DNA of 64,000 bases, from positions 462,698-526,697 of the forward strand of contig PGYU01000001.1 of NCBI GenBank assembly GCA_002839825.1. The letters run 5' to 3'. The DNA comes from Ignavibacteriae bacterium HGW-Ignavibacteriae-1 (lineage in GTDB: Bacteria > Bacteroidota > Ignavibacteria > Kapaibacteriales > UBA2268). The notes beneath the pieces were generated by a model that ran no database searches, was not told the DNA's origin, and saw nothing but the letters and a program-made list of their open reading frames with translations. The stretch's first letter is position 1; every line of letters starts with the position of its first letter. The position numbers were made by a program, and so were the translations under genes. Below, piece after piece: positions 18,316 to 29,300 of the stretch.

Positions 18316-20292
18316 ATGACGGACTTTCCGAATATGAAACAAAGTTTATTTTTCTTTACAATAATCCTCCTTATAAATTCAACTATTATTGCTACCAAAG
18401 CCGCTGAATACCCTTTCACCGAAGAATTATTGGGCGTCCATCCCAAAGGTGGTTTGCTTTATAACGGATATAACGCAAATTTCCAGAGTTTCGAAGGAGC
18501 CGTTGATTGCGGCATATTTGAAACAGGAAACGGACTCGGCTGGTCCGGTGCTTTGTTCTTGGAAAAATATATCGGAAATGATTTCCTTGTTGGACTTGGA
18601 GTTGCATATACAGACCGTTCCGGGGAATTGACTGTCGAGAACAGATTCCCTTCTCGCGACCTCAGTACAAATCAAATTGTTACTATTACCACTGAAAATT
18701 TTATCACAAGCTCACTATCATATATTGAATTTCAACCCGAATTTCGATGGATTGCACTCGACAAATTGATTAACGGACCATTGAGAACTCTTGCAGCATT
18801 GAGATTTTACATTCCGATGACCAAAAATTTCGAACAAAAAGAAAGAATCGTATCGCCCGACAATGCAGTATTTATAAATGCTGGAGATGTCAGAACTCAA
18901 CAAAGAGACATTTCCGGCGGTGAGATGACAAGTATCTCCGGATTTGGGATGGGATTGACCTTTGGGGTTGAGAATATGCTCAAAATCAGCGATAAGAATT
19001 TCCTGACTCAACAATTAGCATTCGATTATAATTTTGGCAACGTCACAAATGATGCTGAATGGTCAATTTGGGCTGTAAGATTTGAGGTTGGATTGAGATT
19101 CTCAGTATTCAATGCTGAAGAAGAAGAAATTGAATACATACCAATTGAAGTTGAAGAAGAACCTGAAGTTGAAATTATTGTCGAAGAAAAGCCTGAACCA
19201 CCCACTTTGGATTTAGCCATAACATCAGTTAGGGACATGAAGTTGAATGTTGGCGAGGAACTTTTGGCAACAATTCCAATAGTAAATGCGGTATTTTTCG
19301 ACAGGAATTCATCTGAAATTCCCGATTTTTATTCTACAAAAGCTTTGCAAGATGATAATTTCTTCAGAGGAGACCCTGTTGAAAACCATAAATTCATTAT
19401 TCCGAAGATTGCTTATTTGATGAAAAAAAATCCTGATGCTACGATTATTATCGAATCAGCTACATCAGGAGCGGAAAATGAACCTGAAGGTTTGAAATTA
19501 GCTAACCAACGAGCCTCAGAGATTAAAAAAGCCTTTCTTGATTTAGGAATAGCTGAGAGTAAAATCAAAATTCAAGCTCGTTTAGCACCAATTTATCTTT
19601 CCAATCAAGAATTCCCCGAAGGCGTAATCGAAAATCAACGCGCTGATATTTTACTCATTAATGCACCTTTGCAAGAGTTTGTGGACATCAGAACCTACTC
19701 GGAATTGCAGGGTAATATTGATGTAGATGTGGATTTTGAAAATTTACCTCCTACGGACAATGTCTCAATTTTCAATGATGTTGCAGATACTATTTTTGCT
19801 GCTCCTCGCACAGGTAAATATGAAATCAAGGTTAAACAACGTGTTGATGTCGAAAATCAAAGCGTATTGCCAATAAATACAACAGCAAGAGCCGGAAAAT
19901 TGTCGAAGACTGAAACTTCGGAAGTTGATTTGAGTTCACTCCCTGTAGAAAATAAAGAATTGACTTTGGATAATTTTGAAGCGGTGCTTAGATTCAACTA
20001 CAATAGCAATGATTTGAGCTATGATACAAAAATATTGTTGAAGCAACTTACCGAGAAATTACCATCAGGAGCGACTATTTACATCATCGGCAGTACAGAT
20101 ATATTGGGAACTACTGAACGCAATATTGAACTTGCTAATGAGCGTGCTGCTTCAACTGAAAATTATTTGAAATCAGTTGCGGGTAATAAATTCACAATCA
20201 CCACATCAATTGCAACAACCGATAAATTCAGCGACGAAACGCCACAAGGTAGATTCTTGAATAGGTCTATCAAAATCCGAGTGAAGAAGTAA
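18316..20292 (+). CDS. Outer-membrane protein with two C-terminal OmpA-like peptidoglycan-binding domains and an acidic EEE-rich linker
   Basis: N-terminal signal. A beta-rich domain. The linker AEEEEIEYIPIEVEEEPEVEIIVEEKPEPP. Two OmpA_C-like segments (NQRASEIKKAFLDLG... and NIELANERAASTENYL...). The probable start is 18334. Confidence 0.65.
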   Translation: MTDFPNMKQSLFFFTIILLINSTIIATKAAEYPFTEELLGVHPKGGLLYNGYNANFQSFEGAVDCGIFETGNGLGWSGALFLEKYIGNDFLVGLGVAYTDRSGELTVENRFPSRDLSTNQIVTITTENFITSSLSYIEFQPEFRWIALDKLINGPLRTLAALRFYIPMTKNFEQKERIVSPDNAVFINAGDVRTQQRDISGGEMTSISGFGMGLTFGVENMLKISDKNFLTQQLAFDYNFGNVTNDAEWSIWAVRFEVGLRFSVFNAEEEEIEYIPIEVEEEPEVEIIVEEKPEPPTLDLAITSVRDMKLNVGEELLATIPIVNAVFFDRNSSEIPDFYSTKALQDDNFFRGDPVENHKFIIPKIAYLMKKNPDATIIIESATSGAENEPEGLKLANQRASEIKKAFLDLGIAESKIKIQARLAPIYLSNQEFPEGVIENQRADILLINAPLQEFVDIRTYSELQGNIDVDVDFENLPPTDNVSIFNDVADTIFAAPRTGKYEIKVKQRVDVENQSVLPINTTARAGKLSKTETSEVDLSSLPVENKELTLDNFEAVLRFNYNSNDLSYDTKILLKQLTEKLPSGATIYIIGSTDILGTTERNIELANERAASTENYLKSVAGNKFTITTSIATTDKFSDETPQGRFLNRSIKIRVKK

Positions 20293-20351
20293 GATTCATT
20301 TTTACTTGAGACAATGTATTAAATAAGCATATTCAAGCCCTTGATATATTA

Positions 20352-20390
20352 AAAGAAGTCATTCCTAAATGAAATGACTTCTTTTCTTTT
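20352..20390. terminator. Bidirectional rho-independent terminator
   Basis: gaagtcatt-cctaaatga-aatgacttc followed by a T-run, between convergent genes. Confidence 0.6.
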
Positions 20391-20418
20391 AAAGACCTTA
20401 GAAACATAAAAACTTGAG

Positions 20419-20904
20419 TTACGAATGATCTTGATATTCGTTGATTAATTTTCCGGCACCCATTGCTACAATTTCATCTGCATAGTGGGCAGAAATAATA
20501 GCAACAGCATTTATTGAGGTAAGCAATTCGTTAGAATCTACATTTGAACCTGCAATTGTGTATTGGAATATAATAGTATCATCGAATAATAAACCAAAAG
20601 CACCAAAATGTAATTCGGCATTTTTACGAAGTAAAAATTGCATCAATTCTGATGTGAGCTTAGATTCATAAACAACGTTAGATGCAAACTCTATACATGA
20701 TTCTGTATCGGTAAATGGTCTGATAGCTATCATAACTTGCGAATTACCGCGATTAACAGTAAAAGTGCCATTTTCAAAATTTAAGTAATCCGGAAAATGT
20801 GATTTAAGAAAATTCTCTACTCTGGTAATTGTCGCATCAATTAAAACTTGCGGAGTATCTATCATCGCTTCATCTCCTTCTTTATGAAAATTGTTTTCAT
20901 TCAT
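20419..20904 (-). CDS. YbjN-domain protein (putative sensory transduction regulator / T3SS-chaperone-like fold)
   Basis: Size and pattern match the YbjN family. It lies 2 bp downstream of pspA. Confidence 0.6.
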   Translation of the reverse strand: MNENNFHKEGDEAMIDTPQVLIDATITRVENFLKSHFPDYLNFENGTFTVNRGNSQVMIAIRPFTDTESCIEFASNVVYESKLTSELMQFLLRKNAELHFGAFGLLFDDTIIFQYTIAGSNVDSNELLTSINAVAIISAHYADEIVAMGAGKLINEYQDHS

Positions 20905-20906
20905 TG

Positions 20907-21608
20907 TTATTCTCCTTTCTTATTTTCTTCTTGTGAACCGGATTCTAAAAGTCCCATTTTAGCTTTCAAAGCTAATAAGTCTGATTCTACTGTTGTAGAA
21001 GAGCCGAGTTTCTTGAATTCGTCGTCTAGTGCTGTATTTTCACCTGCAAGTTGTTCGAAAGCTGAAGCTTCTGCTTCGAGCTTTTCGATTTTTCCTTCAA
21101 ATTTGTCGAATTTGCCAAAAGCGTCACCACCGATGCCACTCAAATTTTTGGCTATTTCTTTCTGAGCTTTGGCAGCTTGGGAACGAGCTATCAAAGTACT
21201 TTGTCTTGATTTTGCTTCATCAAGTTTTGCTTTGAGCGAATCTAATTGCTGACGCAACTTATTAGACGTTTCGCGTGCTTGAGCATGAATTGGCACCAAG
21301 TCGCCTAAATTACGCTCCGAAATAGATTTTTTTTCCAACGCAGCTCTGGCAAGGTCTTCCCTGCTAGCATTTAAAGCCTGCATCGCTTTATTTTCCCATT
21401 CATCCTTGTCTTTACGGGCTTTTTCAATTTTCCTTTCGAGACTTTTTTCGTTAGCAATTGCCTGAGCTACAGCAAGTGTGGTCTTGTTGACAGATTCTTC
21501 CATCTCGATGACCATTTGCTTTAGCATTTTCTCCGGGTCTTCTACCTTGTCGAGCATGTCATTGACATTCGCCTTGAAGACATCAGTTATCCTACTGAAT
21601 AAACTCAT
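20907..21608 (-). CDS. pspA: PspA/IM30 family protein (phage shock protein A-like)
   Basis: MSLFSRITDVFKANVNDMLDKVEDPEKMLKQMVIEMEE and a coiled-coil throughout. Confidence 0.85.
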   Translation of the reverse strand: MSLFSRITDVFKANVNDMLDKVEDPEKMLKQMVIEMEESVNKTTLAVAQAIANEKSLERKIEKARKDKDEWENKAMQALNASREDLARAALEKKSISERNLGDLVPIHAQARETSNKLRQQLDSLKAKLDEAKSRQSTLIARSQAAKAQKEIAKNLSGIGGDAFGKFDKFEGKIEKLEAEASAFEQLAGENTALDDEFKKLGSSTTVESDLLALKAKMGLLESGSQEENKKGE

Positions 21609-21754
21609 TAATTCACCTTATTTAATAATTAAACAGCACTTTGTGTTTTGAATTCGTTAGTTTTGTAATCTTATGAAAATTACATCAAATAATAAATAAA
21701 AGACTATTATTGAACGTTTTATATTTTATAATTTATAAATAATTTGAGAACAAA

Positions 21755-22081
21755 ATGAAATTCGATATTCAAAGCATTATGCAGCAAGCTCAAAAGATGC
21801 AAGAAGAAGTGGAACGCATCAAAAAAGGGCTCGAAAATATTACTATGAAGTCTGATTCCGGTGGCGGAATGGTAGTAGTGGAAATCACTGCTTCGGGCAA
21901 AATCCTTAATATTTCGATAGCTCCTGAACTAATCAAAAATGATGATATTGGAATGCTGGAAGATTTGGTAGTTGCTGCAGTCAATAAAGCACAAGAAAAT
22001 GCTTCGAGAGTAGCTGAGGAAGAAATGAAAAAAGTACGAGGGATGTTGCCAAGCATTCCCGGTATGAATATGGGATTTTGA
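21755..22081 (+). CDS. ybaB: Nucleoid-associated protein YbaB/EbfC
   Basis: QQAQKMQEEVERIKKGLENITMKSDSGGGMVVVEITASGKILNISI. Confidence 0.85.
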   Translation: MKFDIQSIMQQAQKMQEEVERIKKGLENITMKSDSGGGMVVVEITASGKILNISIAPELIKNDDIGMLEDLVVAAVNKAQENASRVAEEEMKKVRGMLPSIPGMNMGF

Positions 22082-22088
22082 GAATACT

Positions 22089-22682
22089 ATGAATTACACA
22101 TCCGAATCAATTGAAAAAGCTATCGAAATCTTTTCGTCTTTTCCTTCAATAGGCAAGAAAACTGCTCAACGGCTTACATATTTTTTACTTCGCCAAGATG
22201 ACAGCTTTGCTGAAAAAATGTCTAAAGTTATAATTGACTTAAAGCATAATGTTCGCTTTTGTTCGATATGTTTTAATTATACAGAACGCGACCCCTGCCC
22301 TATTTGCAGTTCTACTAAGCGCGATCGTTCAATCCTTTGCGTAGTCGAAGAGCCGAATGATGTCGTTTCGATTGAAAAAACGAACGATTTTTACGGGCTT
22401 TATCATGTTTTGCATGGGGTTATGAATCCATTGGAAGGGATTTCCCAAGATGATATAAAAGTTGTGGAATTGATTTCGCGATTACATGATGTAGAAGAAG
22501 TAATATTCGCTCTGAACCCATCTGTAGAAGGAGAATTGACCACACATTATATAGCAAAATTGATAAAACCTTTTGGAGTAAAAATTTCGCGAATTGCAAG
22601 CGGAGTTCCTATGGGTTCGTCGCTCGAATTTTCAGATGATGCCACAATTGCTCGAGCTTTAGAAGGAAGGATTGCGATTTGA
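22089..22682 (+). CDS. recR: Recombination protein RecR
   Basis: HhH motif FPSIGKKTAQRL, a C4 zinc finger CSICFNYTERDPCPIC and a Toprim domain. Confidence 0.9.
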   Translation: MNYTSESIEKAIEIFSSFPSIGKKTAQRLTYFLLRQDDSFAEKMSKVIIDLKHNVRFCSICFNYTERDPCPICSSTKRDRSILCVVEEPNDVVSIEKTNDFYGLYHVLHGVMNPLEGISQDDIKVVELISRLHDVEEVIFALNPSVEGELTTHYIAKLIKPFGVKISRIASGVPMGSSLEFSDDATIARALEGRIAI

Positions 22683-23281
22683 GAATTTTCGTTCAAATAT
22701 TGTTTATCGCTTATTTAGCTTTGTTAGCAGGATGCGAATTGTTCACTACGCGTGAGCCCGAAAAGCCCGACACTGGAAATTCGGGTTACATCCCTCCTAC
22801 TGAGCCTGATATTTTAATACTGAATTTTGAGAATTCGATACGAAGTTTGAATGCTGATAATTATTACAAATGTTTTTATGATGAAATTGGCGATCAGCCC
22901 TTTAAGTATAAGTTTTTCCCGGCATCTTCGGCATTAGCTTCCTATCCGTCACTTTTTGATGATTGGAATATCGAATCTGAACGCAGATTGATAAACAGAT
23001 TAGCTTCTCAATTCGGCTCTGAGCGAATTCAGATTAGTTTCCCAAATCGCAAACCGATTTTGGAAACGCCTGATTCTTCGATTTTTTCATCAGATTATGT
23101 TTTAACTTTGCCGGAAAAAAATATCAGCCAAATCACGGAATTCAGAGGTAGAATTCAGTTAACATTGATAGCAAAATCGAACGGTTTATGGTATATTTCG
23201 AGGTGGTTTGATTATCAAAATAATGAAGTTGAAAACGAAACGAATACATGGAGTATTTTGAAGGCAATTTACAGCAACTGA
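22679..23281 (+). CDS. Hypothetical lipoprotein (NTF2/SnoaL-like guess), paralogous to the next gene
   Basis: Lipobox LLAGCE. Its start overlaps the recR stop by 4 bp. The C-terminal motif GRIQLTLIAKSNGLWYISRWFD is shared with the 23283-23786 product. Confidence 0.55.
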   Translation: MRIFVQILFIAYLALLAGCELFTTREPEKPDTGNSGYIPPTEPDILILNFENSIRSLNADNYYKCFYDEIGDQPFKYKFFPASSALASYPSLFDDWNIESERRLINRLASQFGSERIQISFPNRKPILETPDSSIFSSDYVLTLPEKNISQITEFRGRIQLTLIAKSNGLWYISRWFDYQNNEVENETNTWSILKAIYSN

Positions 23282-23282
23282 G

Positions 23283-23786
23283 ATGAGAACAAATATTATA
23301 ATATCGGTACTAATTGTATTAGTCTTTGGGTGTACAAATCCTTTTGCTCCCAAGTTGGCTGATGTTGATAATCAAAATAATATTCTTGGTGACCAAACTT
23401 TGGTTGATGGTGTCTTCAAAAATTTCCGTTATGCCTATATTTTCAAAGATACACTCGTTTATGGCAATTTATTGGCTGACGATTTTAGATTTACTTTCCG
23501 TAATTACGAAAAAAGCGTTGATGAATCCTGGGGACGTCAGGACGATATGCTAACCACATCACGACTGTTTCTCTCAACCCAAAATATTGATTTGGCATGG
23601 AATGACGTTGTAGTAGAAATTGGCGATTCGTTGACGAAAGATATTTCTCGTGGATTCAATCTTTCGATAGTTTTTAGCCCCACAGATGCCGTCAATATTA
23701 GCGGTAGAGTCAATTTACGGATTACACGCAACTCCACTGCCGATATATGGAAAATAATTCAATGGCGAGACGAATCTACTTTTTGA
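23283..23786 (+). CDS. Hypothetical lipoprotein, paralog of 22679-23281
   Basis: Lipobox LVFGCT and C-terminal GRVNLRITRNSTADIWKIIQWRDE. Confidence 0.55.
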   Translation: MRTNIIISVLIVLVFGCTNPFAPKLADVDNQNNILGDQTLVDGVFKNFRYAYIFKDTLVYGNLLADDFRFTFRNYEKSVDESWGRQDDMLTTSRLFLSTQNIDLAWNDVVVEIGDSLTKDISRGFNLSIVFSPTDAVNISGRVNLRITRNSTADIWKIIQWRDESTF

Positions 23787-25044
23787 GGTTCAATGGTAAT
23801 TCGATTGCAAATGTAGTTCCTTGCCCTACGACTGATTCCTTAACATAAATCTTACCATCGTGATACTCTTCAATTATACGCTTGCACAAACTTAGACCCA
23901 ATCCCCAACCGCGCTTTTTGGTGCTAAATCCGGGTCGGAATATTTGTCTCTTGTGCTTGGGATTCATACCTTTGCCGGTATCCTTCACGAAAATGAAAAA
24001 CTTTTTATTAGGATTGATTCTCATGTAAATGAAAATTGTGCCTTGCTTCTCTTCAATTGCTTCGGCAGCATTTTTCAATAAATTTTCAATCACCCATGCG
24101 AAAAGTTCTACGTTAATATCTGCATACAGGCTGTCGTCCAAGCTACGAATTATTTCCACTTTCTTGCCGAGATGAGGCAAACGTTTATCGAAATAAGTAC
24201 ATACATTTTCAATCAATCTCGAAATATTTACATTCTCTTTTTCCGGAGTAGAACCAATCTTAGAAAATCTCGTGGCAATTGTGTTCAGCCTTTCGACATC
24301 TTTCTCCATTTCAGCAACGGTTTCTTGGATAGAAATGGTGTCATCATTATATTTTATGATTTCAAGCCATGCCAATAAACTCGACAAGGGTGTGCCCAAC
24401 TGATGGGCTGCCTCCTTGGACATACCGACCCAAACTTTTGTCTGCTCATGATTACGAGCAGAATTGAAAGAAAAATATCCAATGAAAACGAATACTCCAA
24501 TAATTATTAAAGATACAACCGGGAAATACCTCAGCTGGTCCACTAAAGCAGAATGTGTGTAGTAAACTTTGCTGATGATTTTTTCATCTTTGTCTTTGAC
24601 GAGAATCGGCGGATAGTTGCTTTCCATCTCAATTAATATAGATTTCACTTTCGCACGTTGTTCGGCAATTGACATTCCAGGTTCGAATTCAATGTTCAAA
24701 GTCCAATCCTCAAATGGTTCAGTTGGTTTGCCGTTTTCATCAGTCAAAATAATCGGGAAGTTGATAACTCTGGGAACAACAACATTCAGGAAAAAGATAT
24801 AATTATCAAGCAAGTCAACATTATTCATACCATCTTCCGAAGACATGAAATTTTCAGTTATCTCCGCATAGAGCAGTACTGCATTTTGGTCGCGTATAAT
24901 TAATTCTTTGACAATTGATTGAGTAAAGAAAATAACCGAAATAACAATCAAAAATGCAACTACAGCCAAAATCAACTTAACTTGCCATTTGGATAAATAG
25001 CGGTTGAAAAAGTCTGTGTTTGAAAGTTCCTTCGCTAGTTTCAT
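23776..25044 (-). CDS. Sensor histidine kinase (two TM helices, HisKA + HATPase_c)
   Basis: H-box EAAHQLGTPLSSL and G-boxes DTGKGM...GLGLSL. No response regulator is adjacent. Confidence 0.8.
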   Translation of the reverse strand: MKLAKELSNTDFFNRYLSKWQVKLILAVVAFLIVISVIFFTQSIVKELIIRDQNAVLLYAEITENFMSSEDGMNNVDLLDNYIFFLNVVVPRVINFPIILTDENGKPTEPFEDWTLNIEFEPGMSIAEQRAKVKSILIEMESNYPPILVKDKDEKIISKVYYTHSALVDQLRYFPVVSLIIIGVFVFIGYFSFNSARNHEQTKVWVGMSKEAAHQLGTPLSSLLAWLEIIKYNDDTISIQETVAEMEKDVERLNTIATRFSKIGSTPEKENVNISRLIENVCTYFDKRLPHLGKKVEIIRSLDDSLYADINVELFAWVIENLLKNAAEAIEEKQGTIFIYMRINPNKKFFIFVKDTGKGMNPKHKRQIFRPGFSTKKRGWGLGLSLCKRIIEEYHDGKIYVKESVVGQGTTFAIELPLNLKK

Positions 25045-25046
25045 TT

Positions 25047-26300
25047 TTATCTGAACGAAATCGTGTTCAACAAATCAATTTTGATTTCAACTTGTTCGCT
25101 TGTAATCATGTTCTTAATTGTCACGGCATTACGTTTGATTTCGTCCTCTCCGATTATTATACAATGTTTGGCGTTCAGTTTGTTTGTTTCGCGCATTTGA
25201 GCTTTCATCGAACGACGTTGCAAATCACAAAATGTTCGATAGCCTTTGGCGCGCAACATTTCGCTAATTTTGAATGCATCTTTAAGCAAATTTTCATTCA
25301 TACTTACGATAAAAACATCACAATCAGATTGCTGAATGGCTTGTACTTTCGCCGAGTTTTCAATTATCAGCAAAAGTCGCTCTACGCCCATTGCAAAACC
25401 AACTGCCGGAGTGATTTTGCCACCTAATTGGGAAAACAATCCATCATATCGCCCGCCGCCACCGAAGGCATCTTGAGCACCTAATGCACCGCTTTTGAAT
25501 TCAAATACTGTGTGGCAATAGTAATCCAAACCTCTGACTAATTTCGGGTCAATTACATACGGAACTTTTGCATCATCTAACATTGATTTTACGACATCGA
25601 AATGGCTTCTACTTTCATCATCTAAAAACTCTAATATTGAAGGAGCGGATTCGATAACGAGCTTGTCATTTTCAGATTTTGAATCTAACACCCTTAATGG
25701 ATTTGTTTCCAAACGTAACTTGCTTTCTTCGCTTAATTGTTCCTTATTAGAGGTCAGATACTTTGTCAGTTCGTTTTTGTAAAGTGCACGAGAGGCTTCA
25801 TTACCCAAAGTGTTAATATAAAGCTGGTAGTCACTTATGCCCGCTTTCCGAATTAGCTGATTAGCCAACAAAATTATTTCGACATCACTTTCCGGAAATG
25901 GAGATGCAATGCATTCTGCACCAAACTGGTGAAATTGTCTGAATCTCCCCTTTTGTGGACGCTCATATCTGAAAAAAGGTCCGAAATACCATAAGCGAAG
26001 CGACGAAACTTCTTGAGTAAGCGAATTTTGGATGACAGACCTGACCAACGCTGCGGTCATTTCCGGCCTCAAAGTTACCGATTCGCCGCCTTTATCAATG
26101 AAAGTATACATTTCCTTGTTTACAATATCGGTATTATCGCCAATACTGCGAGAAAAAACCTCAGTTTTTTCAAAAATCGGAGTTCTAAGCTCTTTATATC
26201 CGTATAAAGTTGTCACTTCGTTAAAAATGCGTTCTAAATTTTGCCATTGACCGATTTGGTCAGGCAAAATGTCTTTTGTACCTCTAATGTTTTGTATCAT
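25047..26300 (-). CDS. hisS: Histidine--tRNA ligase
   Basis: MIQNIRGTKDILP, class II motifs and length 417 aa. Confidence 0.9.
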   Translation of the reverse strand: MIQNIRGTKDILPDQIGQWQNLERIFNEVTTLYGYKELRTPIFEKTEVFSRSIGDNTDIVNKEMYTFIDKGGESVTLRPEMTAALVRSVIQNSLTQEVSSLRLWYFGPFFRYERPQKGRFRQFHQFGAECIASPFPESDVEIILLANQLIRKAGISDYQLYINTLGNEASRALYKNELTKYLTSNKEQLSEESKLRLETNPLRVLDSKSENDKLVIESAPSILEFLDDESRSHFDVVKSMLDDAKVPYVIDPKLVRGLDYYCHTVFEFKSGALGAQDAFGGGGRYDGLFSQLGGKITPAVGFAMGVERLLLIIENSAKVQAIQQSDCDVFIVSMNENLLKDAFKISEMLRAKGYRTFCDLQRRSMKAQMRETNKLNAKHCIIIGEDEIKRNAVTIKNMITSEQVEIKIDLLNTISFR

Positions 26301-26311
26301 TTTACTTTAAA

Positions 26312-29300
26312 TTAATTTTTAATTTCCATTTTTTTCATAATTGTCTGAGTTGGAGTTTCTAAAATATAAAAATAAACTCCCGAACTCAAATCACCTGTAA
26401 ATACTGAGAATTGATGTTCGCCCGGACTTAAAGAGCTTTCAATAACATTCCTAACAACTCTACCGAATATATCCGAAATATAAAGTTTCGTAACTCCGGT
26501 TTCTACTACTTCGATTGTGATATTCGTTTTTTCAACAGCAGGATTTGGTTCATTTTGCGAAAGTGAAATTCTGCCATTGGGGTCGAATAATCTTGGTCCG
26601 CCCTCGATGCAATAACCTGTCAAAGTAAATGAACCGGCTTTATCGAAAATATTTACACGCCCAAAACCAATCGGATATGTAAATTCGGTTGTCAAAGTAG
26701 TAATCGAGTCATTGCCCAATCCTACTTTGAAAGTCAAAGTTTTCAAGACTGAATCTGCACCAAATGTAGTTGGCAAATCAACATCAATGAAATTTTCACC
26801 GTTAATTATTGTAGATTTAGTAAAACCATCAAGCGGTTCAAGCATTGTAGCATTGAATTTAACTTGGGTTCTGAATCCTTCAATCGAAGGTGCAATGCCA
26901 AATTCGCCGATTCCGGTAATTTTGATAGGAACTTGTATTACATCACCGTCTTCGGCAGTATGGTCGCCAATGTAAATTGTAATAGAATCATTTCGGGCAA
27001 AAACACCTTCGCCAAATAAATTCACAATTGTAGGCGAACCAAGCCCATCGTGCTCGAAATATACTTGAGCATTTTTTCGCCCGATCAACTTTGGCGAGAA
27101 ACGAAGCGTCATCATCAAATCCGAGCCTGCAGGAATTGTTACAACTTTATCGCCTATTGCCCCAAAATCAAAACGATACGAGCCTACTAAGCCAACATTT
27201 GTAATATTCAACGGTGAACTACTTGTATTTGTTACCAGAGCAATAAATGTGGAATCCTTAATGCTTCCTACATCTATGAGCTTGAAATCAACTAAGCGAT
27301 TATTTGCCTTCAAAGTTCTTTCAATTCCGAAACCTGTTAACGTGGTTTCGATAATACGTCCGGGAATCTGGAATTCAAGATTACCGCTTCTCATGCCAAG
27401 TCCCTTGGGCATAAATCTCAATTCCAAACTTAATGTATCTCCGCTTTGAAGCAGTATAGGAAATTCTAAGTCGGAATTGATTTCAAAATCAGCAGCGTGA
27501 TTGCCACCAATGCTGATATTGCGAATATTATAAGCAAATTTAGATTCATTTACAAAAACATATTGGAATACCGAATCAATTAATTCATCAACAACGACTT
27601 CACCAAACTCGTGCTCAAATCCTTTGCCCTCGGCAAAAGCTATTGTGAAGACAGAATCAGAAACATCTTGTTGAAGTTCCTTTTGGTCAAGATTCCATAT
27701 TTTAGCAGTCGAATCCCAACTTGAAGTCATTACTCGGGAACCAAATCTGTCAAAAACTGCAGTAGTAACCGAATTTTTATGTTCTTTAAAAACGTTATCG
27801 GTGATAAAATCATTGATACGTTCGGGGCTACCGTCGCTTGCATCCCACAAACGAGCCGTTTGGTCTGTACTTGTAGTCAACAAAACTTCCCTACCCAAGT
27901 CAGGGTGCATAAAGAAGCTTGAGAAATTGATTGAATTATTATCTCCGGGCTCAATGTTGTGCGTGATTGAATATAATGGTGGGTCTGTAGTATTAACATC
28001 CCATACATATAAGACTTTTGGTTCGCCCGAACTTGTTGCAGCAGCTACTTTAGTGGCATCGGTGTTATAGGTCACATGTGTACACTCTATGCTCTTTGTA
28101 TCATATACAACCAAAGGCATATCTCCCAATGTGTAATTAACCCAATTAAATACCTTGACTTTACCCCCCTGGTTGGCAGTAATAATTAGGTTTTCGTCAA
28201 TAGGATTGAAGTCTGCAAACCATGTAACCCCTTTATTTGACTGAACTTTTTTTTCAATTTCCCAGTTTGTGTTCCATACTATAACATTTCCCAGATAATC
28301 TGAGGATACTAAGTAATCACCGGTACTTGACCAGTTAACCGATTCGACTCTTGTTGCATGGTCTTCTAAGACTTTTACAAGTGAACCGTCTTCTAAGCTC
28401 CAAATCATAACCATAGAGTCTGTACTTGAAGTTGCAACGTATTTGTCATTTGGGTCAAATGTTGCCCATGTCAAGGGTCTTGTATGACCCCTCAGAATAA
28501 ATTTCTTAGCTCCTGTATTTGCTACCCAAACGACGGCAGTCGTATCGCTACTTGCTGTTACTACTAAATCACCTTCACGATTGAAAAATCCTGAATTGAC
28601 CCGCCCATTATGTTTCAAATCAAGTGTAAATCCAACATTATTGGGCCATAATTGTAAAATTTTGACTAGACATGAATCACTCGGCTTATTTGGAATTACC
28701 CAATCTTTTCTAAGTCCTGTAACGTTAGTAGCTAAGGTATCCCATTTTCGTCCGTTATCAATAGAGTATTGCAATTGAATTACATCTTTAGGCAATAAGC
28801 CAATCCATTCAACAAATGAGGTATCTCCGATAATCAAGTATTCACCACCGTTGGGATGCACAATTTTTACAGTTTTTTCGATAGGTTTTGTATTTGGGAA
28901 TCCACCGGTGATATAAATTGGAACTATATCGCAAGCATCTGAAATTACTTTTATTTCCGTAAAAACGATTGCTTCATGTTGTGGTTCATATTCGATTGTC
29001 AGGTTTAGAAAATCATTTTGAGCTAAAAGATAATTTGTGACATTACCTTCAACGATGGAAAATGGTTCGTCAATTTGAAGTTCTTGAATCAAAATATCTC
29101 GATTGCGAGCTGTTATAGTCAAACTCAATCGCTTTTTGTTCCCTACTTCTACCGAACTGAATCCAATAAATTGAGGTTCAGACACGATTGATGCTTTTTG
29201 AGCATTTTGAAAACTGAAATTGAAACTATCGCGTAAGTTGAGTGATGGTAATACAATTTCTGCTGTATGTTCATCATCGCAAGATACAAAATTATCCCAT

